A stretch of 53,851 bases of DNA from an uncultured virus (IMG/VR IMGVR_UViG_3300043436_000583) (Duplodnaviria; Heunggongvirae; Uroviricota; Caudoviricetes). A model generated the notes under the pieces. The model saw only the letters and a list, made by a program, of their open reading frames with translations, did no database searches and was not told the origin of the DNA. The translations under genes and the position numbers were made by a program. The stretch spans positions 62,001 through 115,851 of IMG/VR virus record IMGVR_UViG_3300043436_000583; one strand, given 5' to 3'. This document shows, in pieces, positions 29,683 to 37,768 of the stretch; the stretch's first letter is position 1; each line of letters starts with the position of its first letter.

Positions 29683-30325
29683 AGTCTTGTATGGTTTTAA
29701 TAGGAGGATTAGGCCAAGTTTGCTTGGATAAATGTACGTTTATATAGTCTACATATGTTTTTCTTATAGGTGACCCATGCCCTGTTTCTTTTTTAACAGT
29801 GAGATTGTCTTGATGAAGTCTTCTGTAATAACAAACATCAGGGATAGTTTTACAAGAGAAGTTGTTATATTGTAGTCTATTAACAAGTTCTGTATCAGCA
29901 GAGCATCTCCATGGATAGAATCCATTAATACTGTTAAACACATCTTTTTTAATGCCTATCACAGCATTGCTATATACAATTCCACTTAACAAAGGTTTCT
30001 TAATAAAGTCTATATAACTTAAATTTACATAATCCTTTGATTCAAGAACATTTGTAACCTCTTCTATTGTTCCTTCAGCCATGATATCATCACTATCAAA
30101 AAACAATATACTATCATATTTGGCTTGATCTACTAGTGTGTTCTTAATTACATAAGGACCCACATTCTCTTTAAAATAATAGACATTCTCTAAATGTCTA
30201 ATGTGGTTGTATGTTTCTTCACATGCGTCCACCCCTATAAGAATTTCACAATCTCCCTTAATAGAAGCTATACACTCGTCTATATATTTAGTTGCTTTAT
30301 ATGCAGGTATTATAACAGATAGCAT
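29669..30325 (-). CDS. glycosyltransferase family 2
   Basis: SVIIPAY, FFDSDD, SAD. Confidence 0.88.
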   Translation of the reverse strand: MLSVIIPAYKATKYIDECIASIKGDCEILIGVDACEETYNHIRHLENVYYFKENVGPYVIKNTLVDQAKYDSILFFDSDDIMAEGTIEEVTNVLESKDYVNLSYIDFIKKPLLSGIVYSNAVIGIKKDVFNSINGFYPWRCSADTELVNRLQYNNFSCKTIPDVCYYRRLHQDNLTVKKETGHGSPIRKTYVDYINVHLSKQTWPNPPIKTIQDYDKD

Positions 30326-30954
30326 TAATCAATGTCTTTTTCTCTAGCAGTAGGAACACTCATAATCATATAAGTGGCTTTTGCTTTAGACTTCTTAAAT
30401 ACATATTTCTTTTTAAGCATTCTTTCCACTAATCTCCAATCATGTTCATATTGATCATCTGGTTCATATTCATCTTTAAGAGCTTGGGCTTTAAATATAA
30501 GCTCAGCATTACCAATCCCCCCTCTACTCAAACAAGCAACTCTTTCTTTGTTCCAAGGAACAGTGTATGCATTTAAATACCCTACATGTATATCAGGATT
30601 ATCTTTCATAAAAGAATAATAACTGGTGAAATGGTTTGGTTTTAACACATCATCATTATCTAAGAAACAAATATATTCTCCTGTAGCCATTTCTATTCCT
30701 TCTTTTCTAGCCATATGGCCCCAACCACTTCCTCTTTCTACAAGGTTTGTAAATATAAGTGTATTTCCTTTAGCTGCAGCTAGTTCTGTATACTTTTGGA
30801 AGGTACCATCATCAATCTTTTCTTGAAAAAGAGGACAACAGTCTCCTACAAATATAGCTTCATAACCTTCAAAGTCTTGAGCTATGACAGATTCAATAGC
30901 ACGAATTGTTCTTTGTGGTCTTTTCCAACAAGGACATATACAAGTTAATTTCAT
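30325..30954 (-). CDS. glycosyltransferase family 2
   Basis: ICPCWKR..ESVIAQ, ATGEYICFLDNDD, HDW. Confidence 0.85.
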   Translation of the reverse strand: MKLTCICPCWKRPQRTIRAIESVIAQDFEGYEAIFVGDCCPLFQEKIDDGTFQKYTELAAAKGNTLIFTNLVERGSGWGHMARKEGIEMATGEYICFLDNDDVLKPNHFTSYYSFMKDNPDIHVGYLNAYTVPWNKERVACLSRGGIGNAELIFKAQALKDEYEPDDQYEHDWRLVERMLKKKYVFKKSKAKATYMIMSVPTAREKDID

Positions 30955-30969
30955 AATATTGGTTTAAAT

Positions 30970-30999
30970 AAAAAAAGCCTCCATTTCTGGAAGCTTTTC
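30970..30999 (-). terminator. intrinsic terminator
   Basis: Minus strand agcttcca-GAAA-tggaggc-ttttttt. Confidence 0.8.
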
Positions 31000-31001
31000 T
31001 T

Positions 31002-31208
31002 TTATTTTGATAACCTCTTTTGTTTAAGAGGCCACATTTTACTTTTCAATCTAGCAGGTGTATCAGCTTCCTTCATATAATTACCATTGATTGGTTTAGG
31101 AGGAGCTACTTTAGGAGCTGGTCTTGGTGTACCAGAGCCTTTAGCTTTCCCAGCAGTCATTGGTTTTACTGATTTTGCTTGTTTGCTAGTTACTTTAGCT
31201 GATCTCAT
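31002..31208 (-). CDS. small basic (K/P-rich) protein
   Basis: TAATG-coupled; very Lys-rich. Confidence 0.7.
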   Translation of the reverse strand: MRSAKVTSKQAKSVKPMTAGKAKGSGTPRPAPKVAPPKPINGNYMKEADTPARLKSKMWPLKQKRLSK

Positions 31209-31768
31209 TAGCAACCATATTTACATTTGCCACCTTTTTTCATCATAGTTTTACCATACATAGCTTTAGTTAAACCTACAGCTTTTGTAGCTTTACCAGT
31301 GTAGTTTTTACCAATTTGTCTGTCATAACTACCAAGTTGCATAGATACAGTGCCACCAGATTTATACTTCTTTTTCATACCACCTTTCTTCATAGTAGGT
31401 ACCATAGAAGCAGCTTCACCACCATATTGCATCTTCTTCTTAGGTGTTTTACCAGCTTTCTTCATAGCAATTGCTATTGCAGCTTGCTTAGCAGCAGCAC
31501 CACCTAACTTCATCATTTTTGTACCAGATGTAGCTTTTTTCTTAGCACCTGCAATCTTATCTGCAAATGTAGCTTTAGGATTACTATCCACACCAGCTTT
31601 CACTGATAACATACCAAAAGAAGAACCATTTTTAGCTTTCTTTTTCATCATCATTCCACCTTTTTTCATTGGTCGCATTGATTCAACATTAGCAATAGCT
31701 TTCTTTTGAAATCCTTTGTCTTCTAATTTAGTTTGAAGAGCACTATGTTTTTTAATTTTTACGCCCAT
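31208..31768 (-). CDS. basic protein with about 11 [M/A/Y]-[K/Q]-x-G(G) motifs; putative virion core protein
   Basis: MKKGG x3, MKLGG, MQYGG, YKSGG, AKNG etc. Confidence 0.75.
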   Translation of the reverse strand: MGVKIKKHSALQTKLEDKGFQKKAIANVESMRPMKKGGMMMKKKAKNGSSFGMLSVKAGVDSNPKATFADKIAGAKKKATSGTKMMKLGGAAAKQAAIAIAMKKAGKTPKKKMQYGGEAASMVPTMKKGGMKKKYKSGGTVSMQLGSYDRQIGKNYTGKATKAVGLTKAMYGKTMMKKGGKCKYGC

Positions 31769-31773
31769 TTTAT

Positions 31774-31911
31774 TTAGTTTTTAATAGTTAATGTATCAAT
31801 GTGAACAGAATCAGCTTTAACTGAATCAGCTTTAATCTCTTCTGGTTTAACACCAGATGTTCCACAAGCTGCTAATAATATTACAGCACTAATAAGAATT
31901 ACTTTTTTCAT
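31774..31911 (-). CDS. small lipoprotein, not in ORF track
   Basis: MKKVILISAVILLAAC lipobox, then KADSVKADSVHIDTL; 45 aa. Confidence 0.7.
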   Translation of the reverse strand: MKKVILISAVILLAACGTSGVKPEEIKADSVKADSVHIDTLTIKN

Positions 31912-31914
31912 TTA

Positions 31915-32235
31915 TTATTTAGTTTTAGATTTGATTTTTCTTTCTTGTTTTAACATAGCAGCTGTAGGTTTCTTTCCAGATCCTTTAGCAGCTCTGATGT
32001 TATCCCATAATCCACGTTGTGAATATGAACCATCAGCACGCTTTAACATTTGCTTACCATTCTTAGCTTTAGGTTTAACTTTAGCTTTAGGCTTAGCACC
32101 TAACATCTTAGAATAGTTACCAGTTTCATAGTTAGACTTAGACTTTGGAATCATCTTTCCTGGGGACATTTCACTTTCAACCATTCCTTTAGGAACATTT
32201 TTACCTGTCTGAGCCCTTTTCATAATTTTTGCCAT
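31915..32235 (-). CDS. basic protein (AQTG/AKNG motifs; GLWDNIRA module)
   Basis: Likely start MAKIMKR. Confidence 0.75.
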   Translation of the reverse strand: MAKIMKRAQTGKNVPKGMVESEMSPGKMIPKSKSNYETGNYSKMLGAKPKAKVKPKAKNGKQMLKRADGSYSQRGLWDNIRAAKGSGKKPTAAMLKQERKIKSKTK

Positions 32236-32236
32236 A

Positions 32237-32668
32237 TTAACATTTCCATTTACGAAGTGACTTATTAATTCTGCTATTAGGATCATTGGCAGTCTTAGAG
32301 CTTGTAAGCTTCTTCTTCATGCCAGACATCCTTGCACAGAATGATCTTTTTCTAGGACCTCCTTGAGGTTGTGGAGCTTTAAGACCAGGCTTACCTGGGT
32401 TAGCTCTGTTGTAAGATGCTCTACCTTTTGCATTAAGACCACCTGAAGGATTCTTACCTGCTTTGCGTTGCCAAGCTGGAGAACTACCACCATTCTTAAG
32501 ACTAGAACCTTTAAATGGACCCTTCTTTTTAATTAATGGACCATTAGGAACAGGACTAAAGTGACCTTTGATTGCAGTAAGAGTATCTCCATTTCTAAGA
32601 ACACCTCTACCTACATAGGCTTCAGCCTTCTGTGGGTTGTATACTTTTGTCTTAGGTATCTTTGCCAT
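32237..32668 (-). CDS. basic protein with DUF6321-like C-terminal module
   Basis: AWQRKAGKNPSGGLNAKGRASY...RKRSFCARM...LRKWKC. Confidence 0.75.
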   Translation of the reverse strand: MAKIPKTKVYNPQKAEAYVGRGVLRNGDTLTAIKGHFSPVPNGPLIKKKGPFKGSSLKNGGSSPAWQRKAGKNPSGGLNAKGRASYNRANPGKPGLKAPQPQGGPRKRSFCARMSGMKKKLTSSKTANDPNSRINKSLRKWKC

Positions 32669-33078
32669 TATTTGCCTTTTCTAGCTCTGCCCATTGCTTT
32701 GAATGTCTTTGCTAAAGCTTTACGCTTAGGAGTACATGTAGCTTTGGTCATTGGTGTACAATATCCTTTATGTTTAGGGTTGACAGCTTTTTGAATCCAT
32801 TTACCATCTTTAGCTTTCACCTTAGATGTTTTTCCACCCTTCTTTTGATTAGCAAGGTTTTTTATATCAATAGGATTAATATCTTTAGCTCTTGTAGAAT
32901 CAGCAGAGTTAGCTCTAGCACGTGCATTGTTTAACATTCTTGCTGTGTTCTCATTAGTATTAGTGGCTTGATAATATCTAGGACCTTCTTTAGTGTTAGC
33001 TTTAGTAACTACATTATACTTTCCTGATTTATCTTGCGATACAGATGAGCCATATTGACTTTTCTTAACTTTTGCCAT
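32668..33078 (-). CDS. basic protein (SQYG/QKKGG/AKDG motifs; KWIQKA module)
   Basis: Lys-rich; TAATG-coupled. Confidence 0.75.
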   Translation of the reverse strand: MAKVKKSQYGSSVSQDKSGKYNVVTKANTKEGPRYYQATNTNENTARMLNNARARANSADSTRAKDINPIDIKNLANQKKGGKTSKVKAKDGKWIQKAVNPKHKGYCTPMTKATCTPKRKALAKTFKAMGRARKGK

Positions 33079-33083
33079 GATGA

Positions 33084-33431
33084 TTACTTTTTAGATTTCA
33101 TACGAGGAGCCATCTCACCACTACGCTTTTCTATAATTTCAGATTCACGCTTTAAAGCAGCCTTTCTGAAACTTGCTGGATTAATCTCTTTTGAAGCTGC
33201 TTGCTTCTTATTAAGACCAAATTGCATTTCAGAACGTCCACCATTTTTCATCTTGGTAGCACCTAGTTCTTTATCTCTTTTTAAAGTAGCCTTCATTCTA
33301 GCACCTGCTAAGGTAGCTTCTTGAACTTTAGTCCAAGCACCATTAGGATCAATAGGTCCTACACGTTTGTCAGAAGCATTTAAGCCTGACATGCTACCCA
33401 TTCCATCCTTAGATTTTTTAATCTTTCCCAT
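33084..33431 (-). CDS. basic protein (SKDG/MKNGG/MQFG motifs)
   Basis: Lys-rich; same N-terminal pattern as neighbours. Confidence 0.75.
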   Translation of the reverse strand: MGKIKKSKDGMGSMSGLNASDKRVGPIDPNGAWTKVQEATLAGARMKATLKRDKELGATKMKNGGRSEMQFGLNKKQAASKEINPASFRKAALKRESEIIEKRSGEMAPRMKSKK

Positions 33432-33441
33432 TATTTTTCTT

Positions 33442-33714
33442 TTATTTTTGTTCTGGAATCTCTACAATTATACCTGATTCAACACCACTAGCTAATGTTT
33501 TTTCAAGAACATCACCAGCTTGTTGTGCTAGGATAACAGTCTGTGCTTCCTTTGTGCTTGTTATAGCACGTAATGTGTTTAATAACAATCCAAATTCACC
33601 ACCACTGATTGTGAATACTGTGTCTTGTGCCCAAGTGTATTTCTTTGCTGGGTCAAATTTAGGACCTTGAGGAGCTGATTCTTGAGCTCCCTCTAAATTA
33701 ATAATCTCTGCCAT
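33442..33714 (-). CDS. hypothetical protein
   Basis: Likely start MAEIIN, downstream of a -7 box. Confidence 0.75.
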   Translation of the reverse strand: MAEIINLEGAQESAPQGPKFDPAKKYTWAQDTVFTISGGEFGLLLNTLRAITSTKEAQTVILAQQAGDVLEKTLASGVESGIIVEIPEQK

Positions 33715-33737
33715 ATAATTATATTTTGGTTTAGTCA

Positions 33738-33745
33738 CAAAGATA
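33738..33745 (-). promoter_or_regulatory. -7 box TATCTTTG
   Basis: caaagata on the + strand. Confidence 0.55.
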
Positions 33746-33750
33746 TGCAG

Positions 33751-34044
33751 TTATTGCGTATCTTCCAAATTTATTTCGAACGTTATAGTTGCAGAACTTT
33801 TAATACTTTTAGATAGATTTAATCTAATCTGAAACAGGTTGTGTAGCTTTAATATCTCCTGCAGCAACATATCATTGTACATAGGCAATGAGGGAGCTAA
33901 TCTAAAGTGATACGATAGAGGATTCTTAGTAATTTCTAACGTAGAAAGTTCATCAACTGAGGAAATTACTCCCTCAAGGTGAGCAAAATAAGCTATTTCA
34001 TTATCTTGCATGACTTGAGGGAAGAATTTTTTATTTACTTGCAT
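33751..34044 (-). CDS. hypothetical protein
   Basis: TAATG-coupled ORF. Confidence 0.7.
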   Translation of the reverse strand: MQVNKKFFPQVMQDNEIAYFAHLEGVISSVDELSTLEITKNPLSYHFRLAPSLPMYNDMLLQEILKLHNLFQIRLNLSKSIKSSATITFEINLEDTQ

Positions 34045-34448
34045 TAAGACAAGGTTAATAAGTATTTAGTTTTAGCAGCTTCACCACTTAAGGCATCAGC
34101 TAAATTAGCTATATCATGAAATTTATTAGTCTCACCATATGCTTTTAAGTTGCTAGCAAAGTCCATTAGTGCTGTGACAACTGAATTAGCGTCTATTGTA
34201 CTCAATGCTTCTATTTTATATACACCAGGACGTTTACCTGTATACCCCATGATCTTCTCAATTACACCATCTTTGAAATCATGTACATAATCATACAATC
34301 CTCCTAGAGCTTGATGCTCAGCATAACTCTTTGTCTGCCAATGCAATAGATGTAGTTGCTCATGAAAATATGTAAGCTTTCCAGCTACTGTTTCCAAGTT
34401 TAATTCTCCTGATTTCATCATCTCCTCAGGGAATAATGATTTTGCCAT
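34044..34448 (-). CDS. ferritin/Dps-like protein (DUF5856-like)
   Basis: LHWQT.SYAEH.ALG.LY...D..IE...G and KTKYLLTL. Confidence 0.8.
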   Translation of the reverse strand: MAKSLFPEEMMKSGELNLETVAGKLTYFHEQLHLLHWQTKSYAEHQALGGLYDYVHDFKDGVIEKIMGYTGKRPGVYKIEALSTIDANSVVTALMDFASNLKAYGETNKFHDIANLADALSGEAAKTKYLLTLS

Positions 34449-34460
34449 GTTGTTTGAGTT

Positions 34461-34754
34461 TTATCCAGGTGATGTAGTCGTAGTAGTAGTAGTTGGTGTA
34501 GCTGTAGTAGTTGTACTAGTAGTTGTACTAGTTGATGTACTTGTACTTGTAGAAGTAGAAGTAGTAGTTGTAGTAACTGGAGCCTCTGTAGTAGTGGTTG
34601 TAGTGGTTGTAGGATTACAACACTCATTTGCATCTATCTCTTGCCAGTTACCAACCTTTGGTTTGAATCTTTGTAGTATTAAGCTACCTGCTATGACACG
34701 TCCTGTACCATCGTAACGTACATATGCTTTTAATTTATTATTGCTATTTGCCAT
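34461..34754 (-). CDS. mucin-like Thr/Ser-rich protein, paralog A
   Basis: LKAYVRYDGTGR...ECCN head plus about 50-aa T/S/P tail. Confidence 0.8.
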   Translation of the reverse strand: MANSNNKLKAYVRYDGTGRVIAGSLILQRFKPKVGNWQEIDANECCNPTTTTTTTTEAPVTTTTTSTSTSTSTSTSTTTSTTTTATPTTTTTTTSPG

Positions 34755-34766
34755 GTTTATTTAATT

Positions 34767-35057
34767 TTAACGAGGTTCAGTGGTTGTTGTTGTAGTTGTT
34801 TCTGGAACAGCAGTCGTAGTAGTAGTCGTTGTACTTGTACTTGTGCTAGTAGATGTACTAGTAGTTGTGCTAGTGCTTGTACTACTGGTTGTAGTAGTTG
34901 TAGAAGGAACGTAATTGCAACATTCATAAGCTGGGATCTCTACCCACTTACCTACCTTGGGTTTCTTTCTTCTTAAGATTAGGCTACTTGGAACGATTCT
35001 TCCAGTACCATCAAAGCGTACATAAGCTTTGAGAGGGCGATTAGTATTCTGGGCCAT
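34767..35057 (-). CDS. mucin-like Thr/Ser-rich protein, paralog B
   Basis: LKAYVRFDGTGR...ECCN head plus T/S tail. Confidence 0.8.
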   Translation of the reverse strand: MAQNTNRPLKAYVRFDGTGRIVPSSLILRRKKPKVGKWVEIPAYECCNYVPSTTTTTSSTSTSTTTSTSTSTSTSTTTTTTTAVPETTTTTTTEPR

Positions 35058-35059
35058 AA

Positions 35060-36076
35060 TTAATAATTTATATTATATTTGTTTTTTAAATCTATAAGCT
35101 GTGTTAGATAGTAATGATTAGCTTTTTTCTTAGAATTCTCATCATTAAGCACCTTATCTAAATGTGTATCTTGAAAAGGATCTTTACCAGCGTGATATGC
35201 TCCTTTATAGAAAGCAGGATATCCCATACTAGTTTGTCCTGTAATCCCTGCATTGTGTAATATTGTTGTTCTCTCCAATTTCTCTATAGGATCTGAAGAC
35301 CAACAGAATTCCAATTCAGGAATGTTCTTTGTTTCTTGTTCTCTAAGCCAAATGTTCCATAGCACAGCCCACATATCTGCACACCAGCTTTGAAACCCTT
35401 TGTCTTCATTTTTGAAGAACTCTTTATTTATATTCTGAAGGTAGATACGTATTAATATACAGTCATTCATCACCTTCTTCCAAAAGTCACTGTCTATGTT
35501 CTTAAGAAAGTATTGAGCTCCTCCTGAGTGATCATTGTTAGCTTCAGCTATCTCTCTTGTTATACCAATTAAGCTTGTAAGCTCAGCTAATATGTCTCTA
35601 GTGCGATATTCTTCTAGTTTGTCTGGTAGAACATCTCTTTCTTTACTATCAAAGTATGAAGCATTGATGTAACTATTTGTGTCAGACAAGTAGTTTATTT
35701 CATCATCCTTGAATTTCTCAAGGTCAAATTTATCAGTGAAGATTACATCACAATCACAATAAAATACTGCTTTGGTAATCATCTCAGGGTGGTCCTGGAA
35801 ATATCTCATTAAGCAATATGGACGTAGGATAGGAATATAAACTCCTAAATACTTACTTACATCCCCTGAATCCTTGTAGAAAGCAAACTTTGCTTCTGGA
35901 TACAGTTCCATTATCTTCTCCCATTTACCATTGTATTCTCTAAAACTAGGTGTGTACACTAAAACAATTGCTTTGTCTGAGTGTCCAAGCTTCTTCAAGC
36001 TTTCCAACCATAGATGTACCTGCCATGTGTAGTATACATCATCTGGCTGTGCACAGATAAATTTAAGATCCTTCAT
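35060..36076 (-). CDS. GT-A glycosyltransferase resembling HPAT (GT95)/peptidyl-serine galactosyltransferase (GT96)
   Basis: N-terminal YY.WQ, RP, DCD (DxD), GGAQY, WCADMWA, ILH. Confidence 0.6.
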   Translation of the reverse strand: MKDLKFICAQPDDVYYTWQVHLWLESLKKLGHSDKAIVLVYTPSFREYNGKWEKIMELYPEAKFAFYKDSGDVSKYLGVYIPILRPYCLMRYFQDHPEMITKAVFYCDCDVIFTDKFDLEKFKDDEINYLSDTNSYINASYFDSKERDVLPDKLEEYRTRDILAELTSLIGITREIAEANNDHSGGAQYFLKNIDSDFWKKVMNDCILIRIYLQNINKEFFKNEDKGFQSWCADMWAVLWNIWLREQETKNIPELEFCWSSDPIEKLERTTILHNAGITGQTSMGYPAFYKGAYHAGKDPFQDTHLDKVLNDENSKKKANHYYLTQLIDLKNKYNINY

Positions 36077-36103
36077 ATATGTAGTTTGTTGGTTTTCTCT
36101 TTA

Positions 36104-36247
36104 TTAAGGAGTAGCTGTAGTGGTAGTGCTAGTTGTACTAGTAGTGCCATTAGCTGTAACTTGTGTCAAATATTCCAATTGCTTGGATATCTGCCAAAGT
36201 AAATTATCTGTTGTACTCCAACCTATTTGTCTAGATGGTATTGCCAT
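36104..36247 (-). CDS. 47-aa MAIPSRQIGW-head protein with Thr-rich tail, not in ORF track
   Basis: MAIPSRQIGWSTTDNLLWQISKQLEYLTQVTANGTTSTTSTTTTATP. Confidence 0.75.
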   Translation of the reverse strand: MAIPSRQIGWSTTDNLLWQISKQLEYLTQVTANGTTSTTSTTTTATP

Positions 36248-36249
36248 TG

Positions 36250-36972
36250 TTAAAATGTTTTATTTAGTATAAAGACATCACTATAAATACTATTTTCTGG
36301 ATCAGTGCTGCCCCAGGTTGCTGTGATATCTAATGTGTTACTAATTGTAGTGTTAAATGAGCTACTATTTACAGTGTTAAATCCAAAACCTTCAAAGGCA
36401 CCATTGTTTGTTTTTAAATAAGTAAATCTACCTAATGATGCAATTGATGCTACACCAGCAGCTCCAATCTGTCTAATTGTAAAGTCAACATTTAGAGACC
36501 ATATATCATTTGTAACAGCACTTGTAAGAGTTTGAATACCACTATCAAGAAGTATAGTAGATCCTGCTTTCACTTTAATTCTTATAGTTTCATTGTTACC
36601 AGCATCTATAACACCTCCCATAAGCACTCTAAAAGAATCACCAACAGTGAATCCATTAGCTGGTACAGTTAATGTACCTACACCACCATTGATTAATGTG
36701 GTTTCTACAATTGTTCCAGAGACAGGAAAACTATCTCCTGTTTGGCTAAACAGTCCATAGTTTAATGATACAGGTAGTGAAGGACTAACTCCTGAAGTAC
36801 CACTTGATCCTGAGATACCTGAAGTACCTGACACACCAGAGGTACCTGATGTACCAGAACCTCCAGACGTACCACATGCTACTATACAACCTATCCCTTC
36901 TATCTGTTTAGAGATTTCCCACAACAGGTTGTCAGTTGTGCCCCATCCTATCTGTCTACTTGGTATCGCCAT
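36250..36972 (-). CDS. MAIPSRQIGW-head protein with G-x-S collagen-like repeat and C-terminal beta domain; putative virion fibre/decoration
   Basis: 10 G-x-S triplets at aa 34-63. Confidence 0.75.
   Translation of the reverse strand: MAIPSRQIGWGTTDNLLWEISKQIEGIGCIVACGTSGGSGTSGTSGVSGTSGISGSSGTSGVSPSLPVSLNYGLFSQTGDSFPVSGTIVETTLINGGVGTLTVPANGFTVGDSFRVLMGGVIDAGNNETIRIKVKAGSTILLDSGIQTLTSAVTNDIWSLNVDFTIRQIGAAGVASIASLGRFTYLKTNNGAFEGFGFNTVNSSSFNTTISNTLDITATWGSTDPENSIYSDVFILNKTF
36784..36873 (-). repeat. (Gly-x-Ser)10 collagen-like coding repeat
   Basis: GTS GGS GTS GTS GVS GTS GIS GSS GTS GVS. Confidence 0.85.
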
Positions 36973-36979
36973 AATCTAA

Positions 36980-36987
36980 CAAAGATA
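36980..36987 (-). promoter_or_regulatory. -7 box TATCTTTG heading the mucin/GT operon
   Basis: caaagata 8 nt upstream of the ATG at 36972. Confidence 0.55.
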
Positions 36988-37061
36988 TGTTACTTTTTAA
37001 TATTAACAATGAGTGTCAATAATTTACAATAACAATTTTAGTTATATGTGTTTTAACTTTT

Positions 37062-37232
37062 TTAGTTAGAGAATCTTCCATCAAGCTTCCACATGATTTC
37101 GTTCCCTATTTTAGTCTCTAGTTGAGGATTTACCACGCTTAATGTAAGCATAATGGCTTGGAAGCTCAAAGCAAAGATAACCCACATGAATGCTAGACGT
37201 GCGAACACGTCTATAAATTTTACTTTTCTCAT
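37062..37232 (-). CDS. small single-TM protein, not in ORF track
   Basis: MRKVKFIDVFARLAFMWVIFALSFQAIMLTLSVV...; ATGA-coupled. Confidence 0.6.
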   Translation of the reverse strand: MRKVKFIDVFARLAFMWVIFALSFQAIMLTLSVVNPQLETKIGNEIMWKLDGRFSN

Positions 37233-37357
37233 TTGCCTTGTCTATTATAAGGTTTAGTAGCTTTGTCCTTAGGACCTTTAAACTTGGTAGCTTTGCCACC
37301 TTTACGTTTGCCAAAGGTAACCTTTTTTGTAGATGACCCCCCTTTTGCTTTTGCCAT
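37229..37357 (-). CDS. 42-aa basic protein, not in ORF track
   Basis: MAKAKGGSSTKKVTFGKRKGGK...KPYNRQGK. Confidence 0.65.
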   Translation of the reverse strand: MAKAKGGSSTKKVTFGKRKGGKATKFKGPKDKATKPYNRQGK

Positions 37358-37363
37358 GTTGGT

Positions 37364-37768
37364 TTATTTTAAACTTTGAAACTGTATTAGAATAATTGCG
37401 ATTAATATAATCTTTTGAGCTAGATGGTATCTCTCCATAGTATTTATACTACTTTCTCTTCTAAAGAAGATCTCCCTGTTAGCCTCATACTTCCATTTGT
37501 ATTGCATTGCATCATAAAGCTTTCTTCCTAGACTATCACATTTGTTTTGTAATGAGTCTATAATAAGTCTATTTGCTTGAGCATCAACCTTTAATGAATC
37601 TATTTGAAACCTATATTGTTTATATAATGTATTAATTGCATTCCCTTGTTCAATGGTCATTATCACCACAGAATCCCTACCTATCTTTCTTGTCTTTGGG
37701 TATTGGGAGTAGGATGAAATTGCTACCAGTGTCAGAACTAACACTATCAAGAGCTGCTTTAACTTCAT
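37364..37768 (-). CDS. secreted coiled-coil protein (spanin-like)
   Basis: Signal peptide, coiled coil, hydrophobic C-terminus; overlaps the lipoprotein gene. Confidence 0.55.
   Translation of the reverse strand: MKLKQLLIVLVLTLVAISSYSQYPKTRKIGRDSVVIMTIEQGNAINTLYKQYRFQIDSLKVDAQANRLIIDSLQNKCDSLGRKLYDAMQYKWKYEANREIFFRRESSINTMERYHLAQKIILIAIILIQFQSLK

Noticed and set aside
34447..34716. Val-rich + strand ORF and gtagta-type DNA repeats
   Set aside because: Antisense shadow of the Thr/Ser codon runs; not a separate gene or CRISPR
37111..37314. 67-aa ORF from the track
   Set aside because: Better explained by two coupled ORFs in other frames (37229..37357 and 37062..37232)
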